A stretch of DNA of 64,000 nucleotides. It comes from an uncultured Bacteroidales bacterium (GTDB lineage: Bacteria > Bacteroidota > Bacteroidia > Bacteroidales > UBA3824). Below are positions 54,796-63,126 of the stretch, piece by piece. Location: NCBI GenBank assembly GCA_905234655.1, contig CAJOJG010000008.1, positions 2,205 through 66,204 on the forward strand, written 5' to 3'. Made by a program: the position numbers and the translations under genes. The notes under the pieces are model-generated. The model made no database searches. It was not told the origin of the DNA and saw nothing but the letters and a program-made list of their open reading frames with translations. Within the stretch, counting starts at the first letter, position 1. Each line of letters opens with the position of its first letter.

Positions 54796-57281
54796 GGTTT
54801 TAAATGTTTTTTTATTGTTGATAATGAAGGATAGTCGTACATATATCCGCGCACTGGGCGCAGTGTGTAGTAGTTTTTGCGCCAGGTGGTCGCGTAGCTT
54901 CCCGAGGTCGTATTGTCGCTGACGAGGTACATGTTGTAGTTTTTGTCCAAAACCATTATGCAGGCGTCGGCGACATTGCTTGAAGATTTTGACGGGATGA
55001 CGCTGACAGTGCCTTTATGGCGCAGTTTGTTGGTGTTGTCGCTGAAATACGCGTTGCCGTTCAATACGTCGGTTTGCCCGTAGTAGCCGTTGAACTCGGC
55101 GTTGAAGCCGGACATCTCGCCTTTGAACAGAGCCTTTGGGTTGAAGCCGAGAAATTTGTAGAGGCCTTGCACCTGCGCGGGTGTAGGCATGTACCACCGC
55201 AAGTTCGGATTGCCTTCGAAGAACGTGTTTGGCTTGTAGCCCCATGTCCATGAGTTGTATAACTTGAACTCGGAGGCGTTGTCGTACTGCGCGCGGACAT
55301 ACATCACGCCGTCATACATCTTTTCGTAATAATCCTCTTCGTCATATACGGTGAACATCATCTCGTGGTCGATGTCGTGGCGCGTCCAGAAGTTTGCGCC
55401 GATTTTGACGATTGGGTGGATGTGGAGCGGGTTGTCGTCGTTGTCCATGAAGAGAATCAGATTGTCGTCCATCACTGTGTGCGTGCGGTTTTTGAGGGCG
55501 TTGATGCCGTAGTTTTTGAGGGACAAGTTGCCGCCGATGTAGTAGATCCGCTTGAGTATCCTGTCCATCGGGAGCGAGTCGATTGGGTAGACGTATGAAT
55601 AGTCGTTGGAAAATCCCACTAAGGCGGGCTGGTTCTGCCCGTCGCCGATGAAAATGCCCTGGTTCATCTTGATTTTGTTGTCGTGGATCGGGTATATCAC
55701 CGTCACGCGGCGGTCTGTGCGGATTTTCGGGACATACTCGGAACATATTTGCACAATCGGCGCGTCGTCGATGTAGAGGATTTTGCAGAGGGTGCCGTCG
55801 TTGGTGAAGTCGGTGAGTTCCCTTTGCGTCAGGTCGATGTCGTATATGTCGATGTGGAGTTTTTCTGCGTCGAACTTGTTGTCGCTCTCGTCCACGAGCG
55901 CGAGGACGGCGTTGAGGTATATGTCGCGGAACTGCTGAGGCAGGAGTTCCCAAATCGGTATCAATTCGAAGTGCACCACGTCGAGGTTGTCGGTTATTTT
56001 CACCTCGGAGTTTGGTGCCGGGTTTATGGTGTTAGCCCAGCGGTTGATGTCGTCGAGGTTGAGTTGCGCGTGTGCGGAGAGTGTGTTTGTCGCGTTTTTG
56101 ATGATGTCGCGTTGGGTTTGGGCGCCGCCGCGGATTGTGATGGCTGATGTCGCGTTCTTGTCAGACGATGGCGTTGACTGGAACTCGGGGGTGCGGTCGT
56201 CGCGTTTCGTGCGGCCGAATGTGTAGTCGATTTCCTCGCGGAGTTCGGCGACAGAGTTTGTCGATGTCTGTTTTGCCATGGAGAAGGTGTAGTCCAGGCG
56301 TCCGCCGAGGTCGGTCTGGATGACGATGTGCGTGCCGTACTCGTTGATTATTTTGTTGACTGTGGCCAGTAGCGCGGACTTGTCGCTGGAGTTTCGTATG
56401 AGTTCTTCTACGCGGAGCGCGAAGTCCGCCGTCCATGGCATTTCGTCTTCTGCCTGGAGGTCGAGCAATGCGCCTCTGTCCATGGATTTCGAGGCGACGG
56501 TCTTGAGTATGCTGCCGCGTGCGAAGTTGTTTTCATGGATGTTGCCGGAGCATAGTTTTTCGACGGTCTTGCAGTCCTCGCGGCAGCCGTTTATGGAAAC
56601 TGAGGATTTTGTCTGCGAATTAGTGAGTTCTTCGGCAAATGCGTATATGCTTGTGCTGACGATGTATTTGCTTTCGGTGCGGGCGAGGCTGCAGTCTTGG
56701 ATTGGGTCGAATCCGAGGTAGCCGGTTTTTTCGCGCAGGCGGTCGAGGTCGATGATTGCTTTTGTCTTCTTGACCGACATGGGGCTTTCGTATGCCTTAA
56801 AAATGTCGTATCCGTAGCCGATGTAGCATACCGATTCGGCATCGCCGCCATTGCTGTCGCTGTCGTATGGGGACAGTTGGGTAAGTGGGATTGAGGCGGT
56901 TTTGGACGACGAGAGTGTCGTGGCGAAATTGAGGGTCGCGGTGCGGCGGCGGTCGTCGTTGTCGGTGGTCGTTATGCTGACTACATTATCGGGCGGTAGT
57001 GTGTCGGTATTGAGGGTGAACCAAGTGTCGCTGGTGGAGACGAGGATTTTGCCGTCGGTGGCGGGGTCGTAGCCTGTGAATGTAACTATAATGCGCTCGT
57101 ATGACGCCCGGGCGGCGAATATAACGTCGCCGTCGTCGTCTGCGCCGAGCGTCACTGCCACGGAAAAGTCGTCAGCAGACGGCATCGGGTCGGGCGTAGG
57201 GACGATGCTGTCGTCCTTGTCCTTGTGGCAGGCGGAGAGGACGAGGAGCGTCAGGATTGATATGTAGAGTAATCGTTTCAT
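54792..57281 (-). CDS. MACPF lipoprotein 3: BACON-like domain + MACPF + shared post-MACPF domain + FISUMP/Fib_succ_major-like C-terminus
   Basis: Start MKRLLY, lipobox LSA-C-HKDKDD; IGYGYD; signature EYGTHIVIQTDLGG; WAN...IPIWEL; C-terminal VKIGANFW...WYMPT...GF.AEFNGYY...LRPVR. Confidence 0.85.
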   Translation of the reverse strand: MKRLLYISILTLLVLSACHKDKDDSIVPTPDPMPSADDFSVAVTLGADDDGDVIFAARASYERIIVTFTGYDPATDGKILVSTSDTWFTLNTDTLPPDNVVSITTTDNDDRRRTATLNFATTLSSSKTASIPLTQLSPYDSDSNGGDAESVCYIGYGYDIFKAYESPMSVKKTKAIIDLDRLREKTGYLGFDPIQDCSLARTESKYIVSTSIYAFAEELTNSQTKSSVSINGCREDCKTVEKLCSGNIHENNFARGSILKTVASKSMDRGALLDLQAEDEMPWTADFALRVEELIRNSSDKSALLATVNKIINEYGTHIVIQTDLGGRLDYTFSMAKQTSTNSVAELREEIDYTFGRTKRDDRTPEFQSTPSSDKNATSAITIRGGAQTQRDIIKNATNTLSAHAQLNLDDINRWANTINPAPNSEVKITDNLDVVHFELIPIWELLPQQFRDIYLNAVLALVDESDNKFDAEKLHIDIYDIDLTQRELTDFTNDGTLCKILYIDDAPIVQICSEYVPKIRTDRRVTVIYPIHDNKIKMNQGIFIGDGQNQPALVGFSNDYSYVYPIDSLPMDRILKRIYYIGGNLSLKNYGINALKNRTHTVMDDNLILFMDNDDNPLHIHPIVKIGANFWTRHDIDHEMMFTVYDEEDYYEKMYDGVMYVRAQYDNASEFKLYNSWTWGYKPNTFFEGNPNLRWYMPTPAQVQGLYKFLGFNPKALFKGEMSGFNAEFNGYYGQTDVLNGNAYFSDNTNKLRHKGTVSVIPSKSSSNVADACIMVLDKNYNMYLVSDNTTSGSYATTWRKNYYTLRPVRGYMYDYPSLSTIKKHLKP

Positions 57282-57292
57282 GGCTAAGGGTT

Positions 57293-59041
57293 TTACTTCA
57301 ATTCGTTGGGGTTGAAGATATATACGTATGTTGAGTCGCGTTTCCACGACGATGAGCCGTTGTCGTATGTCCAGCCTACAATCGGCTTTTCTAACGACGA
57401 CGGCGCGTCGCATAGGAAGTCTTTGCCCGATTTGGTGACTGGGTATGGTGTCGACGAGTAGCCGCCGTCGGGCAGCACGCCGCCGCTGAGTTCGATGTAG
57501 GGGTATGCCGTCGATGGCGAATAGATTATGTCGTCGCGCTTGGTGAGTGTGATTTCGCCCGCGTTGACGTAGAATACAGATGTCTGAGGCACGTCCTCTG
57601 GGGCTAATTCCAATAGGTGGATGTTGCCGTTAATCCACCTGGCACGGTATGCAGTGCCGCTTGTGTCCACGCCGAGGCCGCAGGCGAGGTTTATGACTCC
57701 TTCGTAAATTGGGTATGCGATGGCGAGGTCTAAGCTGTCTATGGTCTCGTGGCATACTGTGGCGACGTACTTGCCGTTTGCGACGATGTTGACTACCGAT
57801 GGGCTGGTTTCTGTGTATGTTTTCCACTCGCCGGTGCTGTGGCGGTACTGGCAGGAGATTTGGGGGTAGTTGACGCTGAACGATGTGCTGAAGAATGTGC
57901 GGTCGCCGAGGAGCGACTGCAGGATGGCGGCGTCTTGGAGTATGGCGGCCTTTACACGTATGGCGACTTCTTCGTCAAGCGGCTCTATGAAACGCCAGAT
58001 GGGCGTTACCTGCATGTTGATGAGTTCCACGTTGGATGCCGCCTCGTTGTCTGGGTCGTATACGAGCGACTGTGTCCAGTGGTCGATAGCGTCGAGGTTG
58101 ATGTCCCGTGAGCCGTCGTACTTGGTGGCGCCGAGTATGTTGCTTAGTGTCGACTGGTCGCCGCCGACGGCGGAGATTTCGACGCGGCTGTTGTCGAGAA
58201 ATTTGAAGAGGGCGGAGTTTTTGCGCTTTTCTTCTCTGTCGGAGTATGCGAATAGGAAGTCTTGCTGCGACCATTCTTCTTCGCTGGCGTCGTCGGAAAA
58301 ACGCCATACATCGTTGTGGATGTCTATTTTTAGTGTTCCGCCAAGCGATGCGTTGGTGATTACGTGTGTTCCATAGACGTTGATGAACGAATCGACGACG
58401 GCGAAGTTTTCCTGTTCTGTGTCGGCGATGTGATAGACGGCGTTTATGAAACTTGTGGTGAGCAACTCTAAGTCGCCGTCGTCGATGGCGGTGATTATGT
58501 TGTCTTCTTCCAGATGCTGATTGCCGAGTTCGCGGTAGTCGTTCCGGACATAGTATATTTTTTGTTGTACGCCGTTTTCTATTACGTATTGTGTCTTGCG
58601 GAATTTGCCGTTGTAGAGGCCGAGGTTGATTTCCTTCTTGGAGTCTATGGTTACGTTGGCCACGTAGTCACGCAGTGAGTAGTAGAAGTTGAATGTCGAT
58701 GAGACTTGTTCCATCTGGTATGAGTGGAAGAGTTTATAAGAGTTGTCTTTCTCGTACTTGCGCAACTCCGAGCGGCTTACGACTTGGCATCTGATGTCTT
58801 TCCAGTTGCAGTATTCCCCCCGTACCGCGTTGTATGAATATCCCACGCCGAAAGTCTTGATGAAGGAGTTTCGCGTGGAGAGGTCTTTCGAGCGCACCCA
58901 TCGGAAGGCTGTGGTGTCGTCGTCGGTTTCGGACACGGATGCTTGCTGTGTGGCTTGAGAAAGCAAGCCGGCATCCTTGTCGCAGGCGGCGAGGGCGAGC
59001 GACAGGGCGATGAGTGATGGTAAGATGCTTATCGTTTTCAT
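57293..59041 (-). CDS. MACPF lipoprotein 2 (short tether, MACPF + post-MACPF domain)
   Basis: Lipobox LAA-C-DKD; GVGYSYN; signature FINVYGTHVITNASLGG; AVGG, W..SL, TPIWRF. Confidence 0.88.
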   Translation of the reverse strand: MKTISILPSLIALSLALAACDKDAGLLSQATQQASVSETDDDTTAFRWVRSKDLSTRNSFIKTFGVGYSYNAVRGEYCNWKDIRCQVVSRSELRKYEKDNSYKLFHSYQMEQVSSTFNFYYSLRDYVANVTIDSKKEINLGLYNGKFRKTQYVIENGVQQKIYYVRNDYRELGNQHLEEDNIITAIDDGDLELLTTSFINAVYHIADTEQENFAVVDSFINVYGTHVITNASLGGTLKIDIHNDVWRFSDDASEEEWSQQDFLFAYSDREEKRKNSALFKFLDNSRVEISAVGGDQSTLSNILGATKYDGSRDINLDAIDHWTQSLVYDPDNEAASNVELINMQVTPIWRFIEPLDEEVAIRVKAAILQDAAILQSLLGDRTFFSTSFSVNYPQISCQYRHSTGEWKTYTETSPSVVNIVANGKYVATVCHETIDSLDLAIAYPIYEGVINLACGLGVDTSGTAYRARWINGNIHLLELAPEDVPQTSVFYVNAGEITLTKRDDIIYSPSTAYPYIELSGGVLPDGGYSSTPYPVTKSGKDFLCDAPSSLEKPIVGWTYDNGSSSWKRDSTYVYIFNPNELK

Positions 59042-59082
59042 TTGTTATTCAGTTTTTATGGTCTGTATATGAGAGCGTCATG

Positions 59083-59242
59083 TTAAAAAAAACTGACAAA
59101 ACGGAACGCTGAAGAAGTCTTGATAGAAAACAAACCACCAGGTTGATATGGTGTAAACAAACAAAGTTAATATACACATTTTCCACGAGGGAAGTCGCGG
59201 AAAATGTGGTATATTTGTCCGTTTTGTCAGTAATTTTTTTAA
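59083..59242 (-). ncRNA. Candidate intercistronic structured RNA / attenuator (multibranch stem)
   Basis: 14-bp perfect outer stem 59092-59105/59218-59231, inner long hairpin about 59170-59214 with a G-U pair only on the - strand, and a U-tract after the outer stem on the - strand. Confidence 0.45.
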
Positions 59243-59287
59243 AAGAGCGTATTAGAATGTGGGCGGGAGAGCAGTCCGCGTTCTGGA

Positions 59288-61021
59288 TTATTCGTCCACA
59301 AACTCGGCTGCGTTGAGGATGTCTTCGACTGACACTTTGTTGCCGGCTGCGATTCCGAGGTAGGTGAGTATGCCGCTGTCCTTGTATTTAAGAATGAAGT
59401 ATTGGCGTGCGTATTCCTGGGTGTATTCGTCGGTGAAGAGGTTCCATATCGGGGTGATGGTGAACGAGATAGGCATTGCTTTGCTTGTCTGGAAGTCGTT
59501 TGATTCCATTGAGCTTACCCATCCTTTGAGGAAGTTCTGTATCTTGGAGTAGTCGTTTGGATTTTTGCTCGTCAAGAGACTGAAGACGCTGTCTGCCACT
59601 TCATTGGCGTTCCCTCCGTAAATCTCGAGGTCGAGTTTCATGTTGTGGAGTATCGTCGAGCCTTTGTCAGAGTATTGCACAGAACCTTGTATGTCCACCA
59701 TGCTCATTATGTCTGCGCCGAGCGATGCGCCGACGCGGGTTTCGCCTTCCAGGTCGTCGTTGTCCACCATCATGTGCATGTTGATGGAGCCGCCCCAGTT
59801 GCCGCCGGAGATGTAGAATGGTCCGTATCCGTCGTCCAGCTGTGCGAGGATTTGGTTTGCGGTTGCGTATTTCTCGTTGTTGACAGCCTCGTAGAGTTTG
59901 AAGTATTTGTCGGCGAAGCCCACGGAGAATACGCCGCCGTATGTGGGCTTTTCGATTTTCTTGTATGCCGCGTCAATCTTCTTTTGCTGCGCTTTGGTGA
60001 GTGTGGAGTCGCCCTTGTTTTTGGGGTTTCTTGCGTTGGCGATTTTGTAGTTGAGTATTTGTTGGTCGATGGCGGCATACTTCTCCTCCATATCTTCAAA
60101 TTCCGCTTCTGAGGCTTCTTCGGCGTATGCCTTGATTACGTCTTCGGAGATGTATGCGTGGTACATCGGCGCGGAACGTTGGATGAAGTAGTCCACGTAT
60201 GTCCTGTTTTCCTTTTTGTCGCCGAAGTAGTCGGCTTTGGCCTGAATTTCGAGGAATCCGAGCGAGACGTTTACCTCGATAGACGCGGCGATTTTCTTGT
60301 CCTGAGTGAGGCATGAGTCGAGGAGCGACACTTCGAGTTTGGAGACTTCCAATGGATCCTCTATGTATGCGTTCTGCTCGATTTTACCATCTTTTACGAG
60401 TTTTTCGATAGCATCGAGGTTGAATACGCAGTTGCCCTTGAAGATTTTTGTGAGGTCGAATTTTTCCTTGTCCTTCTCTTCCATTTCGCCGTTTGCAATC
60501 TTTGCGTCCTGGAGTACGCGGCGTTTCTTGTTTTCCTTTGTGTTGAGCACGTAGTCGTAGTCCGCGCCGTGTCCGAGACCTTTGCCGGCGAATGCCTGTG
60601 CGCTGTTTGCGTCGCTGCCGCGCTGTGAGACGGGGACTTCCATTATCTCGTCGTCGCCGTCCTTGGAGATGTAGATGACGGTCGAGCGGGAGGCGGCGGA
60701 GTAGTTGGGGTCGATGGTTATGACGACGGTCTTGTTGCCGTCGTACTCTACATCGTTGTCGTCGATGGCCGCCCAGTCGCAGTCGGCGTCGATTGCTGCT
60801 GACCATTTGCCGGTGGCGGTTACGGGCAGGGAGTACGACTTGGCGTCGTAGGCTACTTCGATGCCCTTGTTGACGAGGTTCTCGTCGAGGTTGAGCTCGA
60901 CTACGGGGGTGTCGGGCGTTGTGCCGCTGTCCTTCGGGTCGTCGTCGTCCTTGCACGAGGGAAGGGCGAGTGTCGTCGCCAGCATGAGGGCGAGGACGGG
61001 GATTAGTGAATTTTTTTTCAT
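59288..61021 (-). CDS. MACPF lipoprotein 1: BACON-like domain + divergent MACPF, no C-terminal accessory domain
   Basis: Lipobox LPS-C-KDDDD; BACON-like W...CDW...DPN..ASRS...VSQ; GLGHG; variant signature GYGPFYISGGNWGG; IYGG, WVSSM, TPIWNLF. Confidence 0.72.
   Translation of the reverse strand: MKKNSLIPVLALMLATTLALPSCKDDDDPKDSGTTPDTPVVELNLDENLVNKGIEVAYDAKSYSLPVTATGKWSAAIDADCDWAAIDDNDVEYDGNKTVVITIDPNYSAASRSTVIYISKDGDDEIMEVPVSQRGSDANSAQAFAGKGLGHGADYDYVLNTKENKKRRVLQDAKIANGEMEEKDKEKFDLTKIFKGNCVFNLDAIEKLVKDGKIEQNAYIEDPLEVSKLEVSLLDSCLTQDKKIAASIEVNVSLGFLEIQAKADYFGDKKENRTYVDYFIQRSAPMYHAYISEDVIKAYAEEASEAEFEDMEEKYAAIDQQILNYKIANARNPKNKGDSTLTKAQQKKIDAAYKKIEKPTYGGVFSVGFADKYFKLYEAVNNEKYATANQILAQLDDGYGPFYISGGNWGGSINMHMMVDNDDLEGETRVGASLGADIMSMVDIQGSVQYSDKGSTILHNMKLDLEIYGGNANEVADSVFSLLTSKNPNDYSKIQNFLKGWVSSMESNDFQTSKAMPISFTITPIWNLFTDEYTQEYARQYFILKYKDSGILTYLGIAAGNKVSVEDILNAAEFVDE
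60908..61003. repeat. 96-bp perfect direct repeat, copy 1 (signal peptide/lipobox coding region)
   Basis: Identical base-for-base to 62939-63034; encodes IPVLALMLATTLALPSCKDDDDPKDSGTTPDT. Confidence 0.95.
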
Positions 61022-61039
61022 GATTGTTGTTGTTAATTA

Positions 61040-63052
61040 TTAATTATTGGTTGTTATGTTTTGGAATGCCATGAAGGGTCGGACGGGGCGTTCGTCGGTT
61101 GCCTTGACCGTTTCGAAGTCCAGGCTGCCGCCGAATGACATGCCAGCGGTCGAGATTTTAACTCTGATTGGCGTGTAGGTATTGCCGTCTTTCCATAGAG
61201 TACTTGTCCAGAAAGTGATGGTCTCCAAGTCGCCCTTGTCGTAGGATGGGTCTATTGCACGGAACATATTGTGGTAATATTTTGTGATGTAGCCCATTCT
61301 GGTTAGTTCAACGTTCGTGTATATAAATGCCGCTGTTTCTGCTTCATAGAAAAGAGTATTTGGGAACGTTTTTAGAACGTCGCTTGCCGATGGCAAAAAC
61401 CATTGAGTGGTGTCTTGGTCGAAGGCTTGGTAAGCCCAACATTTGATGGCGGCTTCGCTGTTGCCTACTGTACTGTTGGCGAGCCTTCTGCCGTCTGTAG
61501 AACCACTTGATGCGGCTTTGATTTTTTCTAAGTCGGTAACGTCTGTTATTGTCGATACACCAAATTTAGATACGGCTTCTTCGTCCGACCAAGAATCTGG
61601 ATCCAATTCATCGAGTGCCATAGCGAGGTTTTTGCCGCCTATATCGTCAACGTAAACTACGAGTCCGAGTGGGTTGGTGTTGTCGTTTTTGGCGTCGGCG
61701 ATGGTCTTGTAGAATTTTCTGTTTGCGCCGATTACGGAGCCTACAGTGGGCGTGGCCGAGACTGTGATGTCTTTAGCTGCTTGTTGTACTTCGGAGGTGA
61801 GGAGTACGTCGTCAGTGGCGAATGATGCCCGCTTGTCCGGCGCGCCGGTGTATTCCTTGTAGCGGACTGCGACTGCAAATATAGGGCCGATGGTACAATT
61901 GTTTCCGGCGAAGCCGGTCTCTATGTAGTCATTGATGTCGAACTTTGCGTTAGCCATTTTCCATTTGCGTTCGCTTGCCTGCGTGGTGGAGAGGCTGACG
62001 CCGCTGAAAGTGGCCGTCCAGAGTGTCATCGTAACGCCGAATGAGGAGTAGCCGTTGTAGAAAAATGTGAGGGTTTTGTTTTTGGCTTGGGTGCTGAAGT
62101 AGCCCTTCCCGATGGAGCCGGTTACCATGCCCCAAATGTCCCTTTTGTCCCAAAGATTGGCGAGAGCCTTAATATAATCGGGTGTGTAGAGGTCGTTGTC
62201 GAGGTCGCAGAGCCCGTGTTTGCGAACGCCGCCCGTGAACCAGTTGTCCGTGTAGTTGTCGGGGTCGACAAGGACACCGAGGAGCTCGGCGAAGTAGGTG
62301 AGGTTCTCGACGCTGTTGCCGAGTTTTGTTGGTACGACGTGTTTGCCGCGTGAGGATGTCGCCTTGTATGTCTTGAAGTTGTCTGTGGTCATCTGGAGGC
62401 TTACCCAGTGGGAGTGCTTTTTGCCTTTGTTCGCATTCGCGGGGCGTACGCAGACCCAGTAGCAGTTGTCCTTGTCCTTCACGACGTCGCCGTACTCGTA
62501 GTATGGGGTGAATGTAGATGCGTTTTCGCCGAGCTGTGCGGCGGTCACGAAGTTGATTTTCTCGAGCTGGAGCTGCGGGATTTGGATGCTGATTGTGGCG
62601 AATGGGTTGTCTCCGCCTACGGAGAGGGACATCGTTCCTATTCCGTCGTAGTTCCATGAGCCTGATGTGGCTGTCGTGTCGAGGTTCTGTCCTGTGAGGG
62701 AGTTCCATCGTGCGATGACTTGCGCTGCGGTCTCGGCGGCTACGGTCTTTGTCAGCGCGCCGTCTTCGCCGTCCTTGTCGCCGATTGTGGCGGCGAAGGA
62801 TGCTGTCGCCCAGTCGTCGGGCAGGGAGTCGACGCCGGATACTTGGTTGAGGATTCCGTAGAGGGTCATCGCTTTCTCTGTGGCCTTGCCATACGGGTCG
62901 AGGGCCTTGTCTTCGGCGGAGATTTCTTCTGTGCCGGTGGTGTCGGGCGTTGTGCCGCTGTCCTTCGGGTCGTCGTCGTCCTTGCACGAGGGAAGGGCGA
63001 GTGTCGTCGCCAGCATGAGGGCGAGGACGGGGATGAGTTTTGATGTATTCAT
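61040..63052 (-). CDS. Uncharacterised surface lipoprotein with C-terminal DUF1566/C-type-lectin-fold-like domain
   Basis: Lipobox LPS-C-KDDDD; LEKINFV...LGENAST.TPYYEYGDVV...YWVCVRP; C-terminal GLVVYV...LAMAL...WFLPS...FWTST...VRPFMAF. Confidence 0.75.
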   Translation of the reverse strand: MNTSKLIPVLALMLATTLALPSCKDDDDPKDSGTTPDTTGTEEISAEDKALDPYGKATEKAMTLYGILNQVSGVDSLPDDWATASFAATIGDKDGEDGALTKTVAAETAAQVIARWNSLTGQNLDTTATSGSWNYDGIGTMSLSVGGDNPFATISIQIPQLQLEKINFVTAAQLGENASTFTPYYEYGDVVKDKDNCYWVCVRPANANKGKKHSHWVSLQMTTDNFKTYKATSSRGKHVVPTKLGNSVENLTYFAELLGVLVDPDNYTDNWFTGGVRKHGLCDLDNDLYTPDYIKALANLWDKRDIWGMVTGSIGKGYFSTQAKNKTLTFFYNGYSSFGVTMTLWTATFSGVSLSTTQASERKWKMANAKFDINDYIETGFAGNNCTIGPIFAVAVRYKEYTGAPDKRASFATDDVLLTSEVQQAAKDITVSATPTVGSVIGANRKFYKTIADAKNDNTNPLGLVVYVDDIGGKNLAMALDELDPDSWSDEEAVSKFGVSTITDVTDLEKIKAASSGSTDGRRLANSTVGNSEAAIKCWAYQAFDQDTTQWFLPSASDVLKTFPNTLFYEAETAAFIYTNVELTRMGYITKYYHNMFRAIDPSYDKGDLETITFWTSTLWKDGNTYTPIRVKISTAGMSFGGSLDFETVKATDERPVRPFMAFQNITTNN
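62939..63034. repeat. 96-bp perfect direct repeat, copy 2
   Basis: Identical to 60908-61003, 2031 bp apart, same reading frame relative to each ATG. Confidence 0.95.
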
Positions 63053-63086
63053 AGTTATATTATTTTTTTTGTGATTAAAATTTCAT

Positions 63087-63122
63087 AACGAATTAGGCAT
63101 TTCAATACATGCCTAATTCGTT
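63087..63122. other. 14-bp perfect intercistronic hairpin (mRNA stabiliser or weak terminator)
   Basis: AACGAATTAGGCAT-TTCAATAC-ATGCCTAATTCGTT immediately after the upstream stop; no clear U-tract on the - strand. Confidence 0.6.
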
Positions 63123-63126
63123 GGTC

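Noticed and set aside
59083-59242. Invertible promoter (phase-variation switch) between inverted repeats
   Set aside because: No recombinase in the window. The strand-asymmetric G-U pairing and U-tract fit an RNA structure better. Not fully excluded without read data.
54792-63052. Diversity-generating retroelement acting on the lectin-like C-termini
   Set aside because: No reverse transcriptase and no template/variable repeat pair differing at adenines in this window; the only long repeat is in the 5' leaders.
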